Positions 1 to 8,439 of a DNA stretch of 64,000 bases are shown here, piece after piece; position 1 is the stretch's first letter, and each line of letters starts with the position of its first letter. The stretch is from an uncultured cyanobacterium (GTDB lineage: Bacteria > Cyanobacteriota > Cyanobacteriia > Phormidesmidales > Phormidesmidaceae): the NCBI GenBank assembly GCA_963793265.1, contig CAWBZI010000002.1, positions 416,001 through 480,000 on the forward strand, given 5' to 3'. The translations under genes were made by a program, and so were the position numbers. The notes below the pieces were generated by a model, which had not been told where the DNA came from, made no database searches, and saw only the letters and a program-made list of their open reading frames with translations.

Positions 1-1631
1 AGATTCCACCTGCGATTAACGCAATTGTTCAACAGCCCAACAGTCAAATTATGTGGGCCGCAACCGCAGGCCAAGGCTTTTACGTTCGAGACTTTGCCGA
101 TGAAACGGCTGAGTGGACAGCGCACTTACCACTGGATCTAAGGAAAGTAAATATCACTGCCCTCACTATTAGTCAGCAGCAGGAGAGAACGGTCTTTTTG
201 GTGGGTACCGACAGCGGCAAGCTACTATACGCGATGGATCTATCCTCGGACAATTTAGGTGAAGGCTGGCAAAGTATGAGCTTAATTGCCAGCGGGCAAG
301 ACCAGATTGGAGAGATTGTGAGCAGGGGACGGTTGGTGACTGGCACTGATACTGTTTTTCAGTCGGGCGGTCGGGTTCAGGTGGGCGATCGCATCACAGC
401 CGCCAATCAAACCCGTGTTATACAACAGGTTCTTAGCAATACCGAACTCCTGATCAACGCACCCTTTCAGCCTGCAATCAGCCAGCCCACGTCGTTCCGC
501 ACAAACCTTGGGCAAACGGACGCAGCTATCACAGCTCTGTTGATTAAAGACGAATTTTGGTTTGTCGGCACAGCAGGCGGCGGGCTCTTTCGCTCAGCCA
601 ACGAAGGCGTCACCTGGGACTGGTTGAACATTCCTAAACGGAAGATCACCTGCTTGATGGCGACTGAAAATAGAAATTTGCTAGCTGGAACCAGCGGTGG
701 TTTGTTCCTTTCTGAGGATAACGGGCAGCAGTGGCAGGTGTTAGAGAGAGGGTTGCCGACGCTGCCGGTTACTTGCTTGACGAGCGATCGCGCTGGCCAG
801 ATTTTTGCAGGAACAGAAAGCCAAGGCGTCTTCCGCTCTACAGATGGCGGCTTTTTCTGGCAGTCTATCGGGCTCGCTCAGTGGCCGGTAACTGGGCTGA
901 TTGCAAAACACCGTCAGACAAGCGGCACGATTAGTAGTAAAGGCGATATTGTTACCGGGGTAGGCACTGAGTTTCGCTCACAGCTTAAGGTTGGAGATGC
1001 GATCACCGTCCAAAACCAAACCCGCACCATCCAATCCATCGACTCCAACACCCAGCTCACTCTTACCCTGGCCTTCTATCCCGCTATCCCCGAAGAAACC
1101 GCCTTTGAAAGCAGCTTGCTCATCGCAGGCACTCAGGGCGGCGGCACGTTCCGCGTCCAAGGCTCAAGCACAACTGAAGGCAACACCTGGGAACGTGTCA
1201 ACACCAGCACAACAACTTCGTGGGTAAGTACCCTCACCTGGATAGAGCCCACAGACGAAGCCACAGACGAAGCCGCCCCGCCTGTCGAAGCCGCTCTACT
1301 TGGAACAACATTAGGAAACTTTTTAACCACCCCAGATCGCGGCAGTCCTTCCGACTGGGTATCAGCCGATCAGGGGCTTACGGCGGTAGACAGCTTTCTA
1401 CAAGAGGTAATTCGATTACAGCCCAGCTTTACTGCAAACCAACATGGCCCGCCCGGCTTTGGGCAGCTAGCGCTGAGCTGCCCAACTGAGATTCTTACCG
1501 GGGCCGAAGACGGCTCAGAAATGGGGGCCTTTAGCTACCTCAAGCAACCCCAGCGCCAGGCCAACCTATCGACCAGCCTGGACGAATATCTACGATTTGG
1601 CCTTTCTGCAAACCTGTTCTACCTCACCTAA
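1..1631 (+). CDS. eCIS baseplate/tail protein (C-terminal part; gene starts upstream of the window) with BNR/beta-propeller repeats
   Basis: The frame is open from base 3 to the ATG at 51. It has repeated VGTxGxGLFRSxxxGxxW propeller blades. The C-terminus LQPSFT...GQLALSCPTEILTGAEDGSEMGAF...LDEYLRFGL resembles CIS tail proteins that precede DUF6519 genes. Confidence 0.7.
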   Translation, partial: IPPAINAIVQQPNSQIMWAATAGQGFYVRDFADETAEWTAHLPLDLRKVNITALTISQQQERTVFLVGTDSGKLLYAMDLSSDNLGEGWQSMSLIASGQDQIGEIVSRGRLVTGTDTVFQSGGRVQVGDRITAANQTRVIQQVLSNTELLINAPFQPAISQPTSFRTNLGQTDAAITALLIKDEFWFVGTAGGGLFRSANEGVTWDWLNIPKRKITCLMATENRNLLAGTSGGLFLSEDNGQQWQVLERGLPTLPVTCLTSDRAGQIFAGTESQGVFRSTDGGFFWQSIGLAQWPVTGLIAKHRQTSGTISSKGDIVTGVGTEFRSQLKVGDAITVQNQTRTIQSIDSNTQLTLTLAFYPAIPEETAFESSLLIAGTQGGGTFRVQGSSTTEGNTWERVNTSTTTSWVSTLTWIEPTDEATDEAAPPVEAALLGTTLGNFLTTPDRGSPSDWVSADQGLTAVDSFLQEVIRLQPSFTANQHGPPGFGQLALSCPTEILTGAEDGSEMGAFSYLKQPQRQANLSTSLDEYLRFGLSANLFYLT

Positions 1632-1643
1632 GGAAAAAGACTC

Positions 1644-4250
1644 ATGAAGGGAGATTTTACGCGGTCTACTTTTCGCCCCCAAAAGCACTACAGCAGCGTT
1701 CGGATGCAGCAAGGCCGATTGCAGGTCGATGCCGACTGGAACGAACAGGCCGACATTACCGCCTACCTAAGAGAGCAACAGGCCAGAAACTTACTCGGGC
1801 AAAACGTAGCCGCCGCCGCCCGCACCGCAGCAGCTAACAAAGACCTCTTTGAAAACTTTCGAGTAAAGCCTTCTGCCGACGGTACAGAATTCGAGATCGC
1901 CGCAGGCCAAATCTACGTAAACGGCGTTTGGTGTGAGCTACAAGAACCCATTCAATACACCAAACAGCCAGATTATCCCCAAGCCCCTAAGCCTCAAAAA
2001 GAAGGAGCCTATCTCGCTTATCTAGACGTATGGCAGCGCCACATCACCACCGTCGATGACGACTTCATCCGTGAAAGTGCGCTCAACAGCGTGCCCGATA
2101 CCACCACTCGCCTGCAAACGGTGTGTCAGGTAAAGCTAAAGCCTTTGGCAAAAGAAAACCCTTCTTTAGAAGATGTGATCGCTACCCTCAAGCCGCCCAA
2201 GCCAGGAAAGCTCGCAGCCCGACTCAAGCCAGCTAGCGGCTCAGCCAACAGCGGCCCTTCCGTAGACAACACGCTGTATAGAGTCGAAATTCATAAGCCC
2301 GGCACAGTCGGCACAGCCACCTTCAAATGGTCAAAAGACAACGCCATTGTCGTCAGCCGCATTTTGTCTATCAAAGACAACACTCTCGTTGTTGAGAGCC
2401 CGGATGGCTTCTCACCCGGAAGCTGGGTAGAAGTCACTGATACCCACCACGAGCTACGCGGCGAGCCGGGCCTACTGCTTCAGCTCACCGAAAAAACAAC
2501 CGGCACCCGATTAGTCTTCGACCCTTCTAAAACCAGCGACGGCGACAAAACCCTCATTGACGCGATGAGGTTTGCCAACCGAGAGTCCGACAACATTTTA
2601 AAAGTAAGGCGCTGGGACGGCAATGCTACTCAGATAAAGGAAGGATCAAGCTGGATTGACTTAGGCAACAACGGCGTTCAGATCAATTTTTCACAGGTCA
2701 ACGCTTCAAGCGAGCAGGCAGGGGACGAACAGGCACGACAATATGCGACGGGAGACTACTGGCTTATTCCCGTGCGATCTATTAGCCCCCAGCTAGACTA
2801 CTGGCCAAAAGATGAAGACAACAACCCCGCTGCCATATCCTCACAGGGCATCCAACACAATACCGCCCCGCTAGCCTTTCTCCGCTACACAGGTACAAAA
2901 TTCGAGCTGGCCAAAACGGGCCGAGCCGAGTCACTTCCTCAAGGAGACTTTCGCCGCACGTTTCCAACGCTCACCCGTGCACTAGACAGTTTGGGTGGCG
3001 TTATTGAAGGCTCTTTAAATATTCAGAAAAATCTTTCAGTACAAGGAAAGCTGACGCTATCAAAAGGGATAGCGGTTAGTGAGTTTTCTAACGGTAATCT
3101 GAGCAGTAGCGCTGAGTCAGTACCCACTGAAGGCGCTGTGAAAACCTATGTAGACACTGAGGTTCAAAGCGTCAATGGGAGAGTAGATCAGGCAAATCAG
3201 AATATTGCAAACAATGCGAATGCAATTAATGGTAAAGCCGATAAAAACGGTTCTTCAGAAGAAGACTTTAGCGTAAACGAACTATTAGCAAAGCGTGCGC
3301 GCCTATCAGAAGGTGTGAGCATCAATAAATTCTCTAACGATGGGCTGAGCGATAGCGCCCAGTCAGTACCTACTGAAGGCGCTGTAAAAACCTATGTAGA
3401 CACTGAAGTTCAAAGCATCGATGGGAGAGTAGACCAAGCAAATCAGAATATTGCAAATAATGCGAATGCAATCAGCGGTAAAGCTGATAAAAACGGGTCT
3501 TCAGAAGAAGACTTTAGCGTAGACGAACTGCTAGCCAACAGTGTGAGACTATTAGCAGGCGTGAGCGTCAATAGATTCTCTAACGATGAGCTGAGCGATC
3601 GCACTCAGTCAGTGCCCACTGAAGACGCTGTAAAAACCTATGTAGATTCTAAGATCCGAAGCGTTGACAAGAGAGTAGACCAGACTGCCGAAAATAATGC
3701 GAGTGCGAACAGTGGTAAAGCTGATAAAAACGGTTCTTTAGAAGAAAACTTTAGCGTGAGCGAACTGCTGGCAAAGAGGGGCAGCTTCTCGGATAGATTA
3801 AATACGCGCGCGTTAGACGTTGAGAATGAACTGTCTGCGAATCAAATCACTGCTCAATCTGTTGCTGCTCAGTCTATTAGCCAAGAATCTTCTCAGGCTC
3901 TCAAGGAGAATATTTCAAACCTTTCCAGTCAAGAAGCGACTATTTTGCTTAGCCAGCTCGACCCGGTTAAATTTAGCTATCGTACTGACGAAAACCAACG
4001 TATTCGTACGGGCTTTATTGCCGAAACTGTACCTGATATTGTGGCATCAGCAAATCGGCAGGCAGTTAGCCCACTAGACATTACGGCAATTTTGACCAAG
4101 ATGGCTAAGGATCATCACCTAGCGATCGCTCAAATGAACGGAGCGATCGCTCAAATGACCAGCGTCATCCAACAGCAGCAGCAGGAAATTAGCGCACTTA
4201 ATGCCACCGTGCAAAGGCTATCGGGAGAAAGGCCATCAAACGCTATATGA
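1644..4250 (+). CDS. DUF6519-type eCIS tail fibre protein with 3 internal repeats and a C-terminal peptidase S74-like intramolecular chaperone
   Basis: N-terminus MKGDFTRSTFRPQKHYSSVRMQQGRLQVDADWNEQ and NTLYRVEIH...FKWSKDN are DUF6519 hallmarks. C-terminal SSQALKENI...LDPVKFSY...GFIAE plus a coiled coil is S74-like. Confidence 0.8.
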   Translation: MKGDFTRSTFRPQKHYSSVRMQQGRLQVDADWNEQADITAYLREQQARNLLGQNVAAAARTAAANKDLFENFRVKPSADGTEFEIAAGQIYVNGVWCELQEPIQYTKQPDYPQAPKPQKEGAYLAYLDVWQRHITTVDDDFIRESALNSVPDTTTRLQTVCQVKLKPLAKENPSLEDVIATLKPPKPGKLAARLKPASGSANSGPSVDNTLYRVEIHKPGTVGTATFKWSKDNAIVVSRILSIKDNTLVVESPDGFSPGSWVEVTDTHHELRGEPGLLLQLTEKTTGTRLVFDPSKTSDGDKTLIDAMRFANRESDNILKVRRWDGNATQIKEGSSWIDLGNNGVQINFSQVNASSEQAGDEQARQYATGDYWLIPVRSISPQLDYWPKDEDNNPAAISSQGIQHNTAPLAFLRYTGTKFELAKTGRAESLPQGDFRRTFPTLTRALDSLGGVIEGSLNIQKNLSVQGKLTLSKGIAVSEFSNGNLSSSAESVPTEGAVKTYVDTEVQSVNGRVDQANQNIANNANAINGKADKNGSSEEDFSVNELLAKRARLSEGVSINKFSNDGLSDSAQSVPTEGAVKTYVDTEVQSIDGRVDQANQNIANNANAISGKADKNGSSEEDFSVDELLANSVRLLAGVSVNRFSNDELSDRTQSVPTEDAVKTYVDSKIRSVDKRVDQTAENNASANSGKADKNGSLEENFSVSELLAKRGSFSDRLNTRALDVENELSANQITAQSVAAQSISQESSQALKENISNLSSQEATILLSQLDPVKFSYRTDENQRIRTGFIAETVPDIVASANRQAVSPLDITAILTKMAKDHHLAIAQMNGAIAQMTSVIQQQQQEISALNATVQRLSGERPSNAI
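3084..3775 (+). repeat. Three tandem ~246-bp (82-aa) repeats within the tail fibre gene
   Basis: FSN codons start at 3084, 3330 and 3576. Each unit encodes FSN..LS....SVPTE.AVKTYVD...VDQ...KADKNGS.EE.FSV.ELLA; the third copy is 3 aa shorter. Confidence 0.95.
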
Positions 4251-4301
4251 TTTGAAACGCACGCTCTCCCAGCAGGCTCATCCACCAGGCATACACCAAC
4301 C

Positions 4302-6077
4302 ATGACACAGCCACAAACGCCCAAAGGTCAGTACCTACTCTCAGTTGAGAGGATAACGCCTGAAACGTCAACGTTCCCTTTTTACTTTGTGGGCAGCACC
4401 GCGCCTAATAACGTAGACGATGGCGTCGGTAAAGTTGATAATCCACAGACTGAGATTGAGTCGCTGGCGGCCTTTTTATGCGAGCAGGAAAACCCTGAAA
4501 TACTTGTTGTTGTGCATGGCTATAATACGCGGCTGGGCTACTTCGCCTCCAAAGACGGTAGAGGCGATGGGGTTAAGGGGTGGTATCAAAACATTCGAGA
4601 TCATATTGAGAAAAATTGCGATCGCAGATCCCCAGGGCTCGCGCTCGTGGGCTATCGATGGCCCTCTGAAGAGATCAATGGCGGCGGCGATGACAGCTTA
4701 GGCAACAAGCTAAGAGATTCTTTCAAGTCGTTACCAACCGCACTAAAGTTCATTCTTTTCCTGGCAAAATTACCGCTGCTTGCTGGATTTATAGCCGCGT
4801 TCGTGCCGAATCAATACGATACAGTAGGCACTGAAGCACTCGCAGTCACCCTAACAATACTAGCCGTCTTCTTTATCGCCCTCGTCATTACCCTTTTCCT
4901 CCTCAGAATTGTTGGATATTTCCGAGATTCATACCGGGCCAGCAACTTTGGAGTCCCCGATCTCGTAGAGCTAATTCGACAGATAGACAAAGCTGTCGTT
5001 GGCATCAAGCGAGAGGACGATCCTGGCTGGAAAGCAAAGGAAGATGACCAGTTCAATCGCATCAAGCTATCGTTTGTTGGTCATAGCATGGGTGGCTTCG
5101 TAGTTACCAACACTGTCCGCATTCTCTCTGATGTTTTTGACAGCGCCTCGATTGGCAACCTCGACCCGGCAAACAAAGCCAAAGCCCCTTCCTCTAACAT
5201 TGGTAATGTTTTTTCATTGGGGCGGCTGGTGCTAGTCTCACCTGATATTCCTGCAGAAACAATTATTTCAGGGCGAGCTAACTTTCTCAGCTCATCGCTG
5301 CGGCGCTTTGAAGAGACTTATCTATTTAGTAATGAGGGCGATATGGCGCTGCGGTTGGCTTCTTCGGCAGCGAACTATGCGAGCTTTCCGGCGAGGACGC
5401 GAGAAGGTGGCTATCGGCTGGGGAATGTGGTGGTGCGATCGCCCAAAAACGAAGCGGATAAAACGCCTCCATACGGCATCATCAAACTTGAGCCTGAAGC
5501 CGATGGCAGCAAGCAGTCATTTTTAGACTACCTATATATCCTTGGCGATAAGTCTTTGAAAGAGCGACAGGAGAAAATCATAGAGCCCGATCAGCATTCG
5601 ATTGCGGAGCTATTCACCGTCTTTGACTGCACTGATTATTCTGAGTATTTGCCAAGAGAAGAGGGGAAAGAACCGAAGGTTAAGGGTTTGATGACTGGGG
5701 CGAAGGGGAGGCGATCGCTCAATTTCTATCGCTACATATTGCTCACAATTGCCATGTTCCGCGGCACTATCGACACGCACGGCGGATATTTTCAAGAGGG
5801 TAATCCTGAGCATAAGAAAAAGAATCGGGCGACTAATATTGAAGCTTACGTTACTAAGCAGCTTATCTATGGTTTAGCGTGTTTAGGCTTTGAGCCCTTT
5901 TTGGAGTCTCTATCGACTGGTGTTGAAAGTAGTTCTTCTAAAGAGGTTGCTGAGCAAAATCTTGAAGCGCTGTCGTCGCTGTGCGAGTCTCGGAAGATTC
6001 AAGTATTGCTGTCGCCTGAGCGGTATAAGCAGGATGTTTTGGGGATTGAGGGGGCGGGCGATCGGGAGGGTTATTAG
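4302..6077 (+). CDS. Alpha/beta hydrolase (DUF900-like) with two predicted membrane helices
   Basis: VVVHGYN oxyanion motif, GYRWPS, nucleophile elbow GHSMGG, LVLVSPDI, and late D/H (DTHGGYF). Hydrophobic segments at about aa 148-205. Confidence 0.7.
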   Translation: MTQPQTPKGQYLLSVERITPETSTFPFYFVGSTAPNNVDDGVGKVDNPQTEIESLAAFLCEQENPEILVVVHGYNTRLGYFASKDGRGDGVKGWYQNIRDHIEKNCDRRSPGLALVGYRWPSEEINGGGDDSLGNKLRDSFKSLPTALKFILFLAKLPLLAGFIAAFVPNQYDTVGTEALAVTLTILAVFFIALVITLFLLRIVGYFRDSYRASNFGVPDLVELIRQIDKAVVGIKREDDPGWKAKEDDQFNRIKLSFVGHSMGGFVVTNTVRILSDVFDSASIGNLDPANKAKAPSSNIGNVFSLGRLVLVSPDIPAETIISGRANFLSSSLRRFEETYLFSNEGDMALRLASSAANYASFPARTREGGYRLGNVVVRSPKNEADKTPPYGIIKLEPEADGSKQSFLDYLYILGDKSLKERQEKIIEPDQHSIAELFTVFDCTDYSEYLPREEGKEPKVKGLMTGAKGRRSLNFYRYILLTIAMFRGTIDTHGGYFQEGNPEHKKKNRATNIEAYVTKQLIYGLACLGFEPFLESLSTGVESSSSKEVAEQNLEALSSLCESRKIQVLLSPERYKQDVLGIEGAGDREGY

Positions 6078-6183
6078 GTAGAGGCGCGATCACAGTTGAT
6101 TTCAGATTTTTAAAGCTGCTTCTTTACAGCATGTAGACTATTAAAGGGAAATCAGTATTAACAGCATAGGAGATGTAGTCGTA

Positions 6184-6801
6184 ATGATTGCGGTAATTGA
6201 TAAAAAGCCTGTGTCGTTTGATGAGTTTGTGGATTGGTATCCAGAAAACTCAGAGAATCGCTATGAACTAAGACGAGGAGTCATTATTGAAATGCCTAAA
6301 CCAAAAGGCAGTCATTCTCGTATAGCAGGCGACTTGGCATACGATTTGGGTACGGCTATTCGCCAGGCGAGTCAACCCTACTTTATTCCTAAGGAGTGCG
6401 TAATTAAAGTCTCGAATAATACGGGCTATGAGCCAGATATTATTGTGCTAGATGAAGGCGCGATCGCTGACGAACCTCGCTGGGCAAGAGAATCAATTAT
6501 CACGTTCGGTCAGTCAATCAAGCTGGCGGTAGAGGTTGTTTCGACCAACTGGCGCGACGACTATTTGTTTAAGCTAGCGGACTATGAGTCTCTAGGTATT
6601 CGGGAATACTGGATCGTTGATTACTTGGGTATTGGAGGGCGTCGCTATATTGGCTCTCCCAAGCAGCCTACCTTTACCGTTTGTACTTTGGTAGAAGGAG
6701 AATACGAACTACAGCAGTTCAGAGACGGTGAGTCTATCATCTCTCCTACATTTCCAAACTTTTCATTCACAGCTAACCAAGTCTTTAGACTGTGTAAGTA
6801 G
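6184..6801 (+). CDS. Uma2 family (DUF820) endonuclease-fold protein
   Basis: RYELRRGVIIEMP, EPDIIV, VEVVSTNWRDDY..K..DYE..GIREYWIVD; AGGAG RBS upstream. Confidence 0.9.
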   Translation: MIAVIDKKPVSFDEFVDWYPENSENRYELRRGVIIEMPKPKGSHSRIAGDLAYDLGTAIRQASQPYFIPKECVIKVSNNTGYEPDIIVLDEGAIADEPRWARESIITFGQSIKLAVEVVSTNWRDDYLFKLADYESLGIREYWIVDYLGIGGRRYIGSPKQPTFTVCTLVEGEYELQQFRDGESIISPTFPNFSFTANQVFRLCK

Positions 6802-6845
6802 ACATCTTGTCCACAGTCCAAATAAATACTCTGTTTTGCCTTATT

Positions 6846-8174
6846 TTACTTGACCGTTTCATAGTTCTTCTGCTGTTCACCCCATCCAACAGCAGTATTA
6901 GTTCTTTTCCAATCCACGCCTTCTGCCTCATTTGTTCGATAGGGCCAGTAATTGTCTAGCTGCATCCCCAACGTAGCGACATTAGTCGCCTCCTTTTTAA
7001 TCTTCGCACTGACTGATTTCATTTTCTCAATACTGTCAATAGTCGCCAGTCCTCCAATTGTATCTGACAGCTTCTCTAGCTCTTTACCCCAATCTCTAGC
7101 AAGCTGGTATTTGCTAGAGTTCATAGTTTTTGGCTTTTCGTGTTCTACGTTGCTACCAGGATCATCAGTACGGCGATCGCTTCTAATGCCGAGAAATCCA
7201 TTCCCATCTTTCCAGTAATAGTGAGGCGGTTTTGCTAATCTACCCTGAAGATTCATAGATATGGTCGTACCGACTAACTGCATTGCTTGGTGGCTTGCTG
7301 TCTCAGTTATCTCACCTTCATGACCATCAGTTGCAACGAGGTAGCGGCTGATGTTAGCCACATGTTCTTTAAGTTTGTTACGTGGGTAAATGTGATGCCA
7401 AGTACCCTTCTCGCCTGTGACAAAGTTTTCTTCTGCGGTCAGTTTTATATTGTTACCCTTGCTTCCCTCACTAGCATAGCTTGGATCAGGATTCTTGAAA
7501 GGCACAGATCTTAATAGATCCACATTTTGCTGATCGGTTCGTTGGACGACGAACTGTTTGGGATAACTTGCGCCGAGTTTCGCTTGTTGTTGATAGAGTT
7601 GAGAATGTGTATCGACAGTTCTCTTCATTGCCGTCTCCATGTTAGAGGCCAAAGGGTGGTTGTAGCTTTGCTGAGTAGCCGCTTGTGCCCCCATTAAATC
7701 AGCTTCACGTTCTAAAGCAGGATCATCATTGACTGCCTTTCCTCTCATCTGCATCGTCGGCATGACCCGTCCCTGAAGCTGCTGTACAACGTGCCAGCCT
7801 TCATGAGGCAGATGTTTTTCTTGACCTACCCCTAGATGAATATCCTGACCTTGCGCATAGGCAAGAGCGTTCAGTTGCGCTGGTTTCGGAGAATTGCGAT
7901 GGACTCGCACATCCGACAGGTCAAGTCCTGATAAGTTCTCTAGTCCTGACTTCAGTTTATCTGGTATTCCTGTCCGATTTTCTACAAGCTGTACCGCTTG
8001 AACCGGCACTGTCGCTAGATTTGCTCGAAAGTGTGATTCACGATGAGATGTCGTCTCTCCATTTGAATCAGTCCTCTTATGTGCTCGCATCTGCGGTGTT
8101 ATCTGCTGAAATAGTGTCTTATTCGTAGACACTTCTCGCTGAGCCGCTTGCCGTTTTTCTCGTTCTTTAGCCAT
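6846..8174 (-). CDS. DUF4157 (eCIS core) domain protein with an uncharacterised C-terminal putative toxin domain
   Basis: [25 protein letters not shown]...[12 protein letters not shown]...[11 protein letters not shown]...ALEREAD, then VVQR and an unrelated domain. The ATG at 8174 overlaps the stop of the upstream gene (the ORF track starts at 8192). Confidence 0.85.
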   Translation of the reverse strand: MAKEREKRQAAQREVSTNKTLFQQITPQMRAHKRTDSNGETTSHRESHFRANLATVPVQAVQLVENRTGIPDKLKSGLENLSGLDLSDVRVHRNSPKPAQLNALAYAQGQDIHLGVGQEKHLPHEGWHVVQQLQGRVMPTMQMRGKAVNDDPALEREADLMGAQAATQQSYNHPLASNMETAMKRTVDTHSQLYQQQAKLGASYPKQFVVQRTDQQNVDLLRSVPFKNPDPSYASEGSKGNNIKLTAEENFVTGEKGTWHHIYPRNKLKEHVANISRYLVATDGHEGEITETASHQAMQLVGTTISMNLQGRLAKPPHYYWKDGNGFLGIRSDRRTDDPGSNVEHEKPKTMNSSKYQLARDWGKELEKLSDTIGGLATIDSIEKMKSVSAKIKKEATNVATLGMQLDNYWPYRTNEAEGVDWKRTNTAVGWGEQQKNYETVK

Positions 8175-8439
8175 TAGCTGTCTCTCCAACATTCAAATCC
8201 GTATAAATTGACTGCGCGATCGCCCGCCCCACTTCCTCAGCCCTCAACCCCTCCTGCAATACCAAATCCGCAGGCACCTTCGCAATCCGCCCGCCCTGCC
8301 GCAAAGCATCCGGCACCCCATGCACCGCCATCAACCGCGACAGCTCCGCCTCGAAAGCCGCCCGCAACCGAGGCCGCTCATTTCTTGGTACCTTCACGCC
8401 CGAAAGCGCCAAACTATCAATGTGTAAATGCAGCGTCAT
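8167..8439 (-). CDS. Small conserved eCIS-associated hypothetical protein
   Basis: LHLHIDSLALSG...AFEAELSRL...GRAIAQSIY pattern; ATGA overlap with the ATPase stop indicates translational coupling. Confidence 0.7.
   Translation of the reverse strand: MTLHLHIDSLALSGVKVPRNERPRLRAAFEAELSRLMAVHGVPDALRQGGRIAKVPADLVLQEGLRAEEVGRAIAQSIYTDLNVGETANG

Noticed and set aside
3084..3775. CRISPR-like array
   Set aside because: The repeats are 246 bp, in frame and contiguous, with no unique spacers; no cas genes are present.
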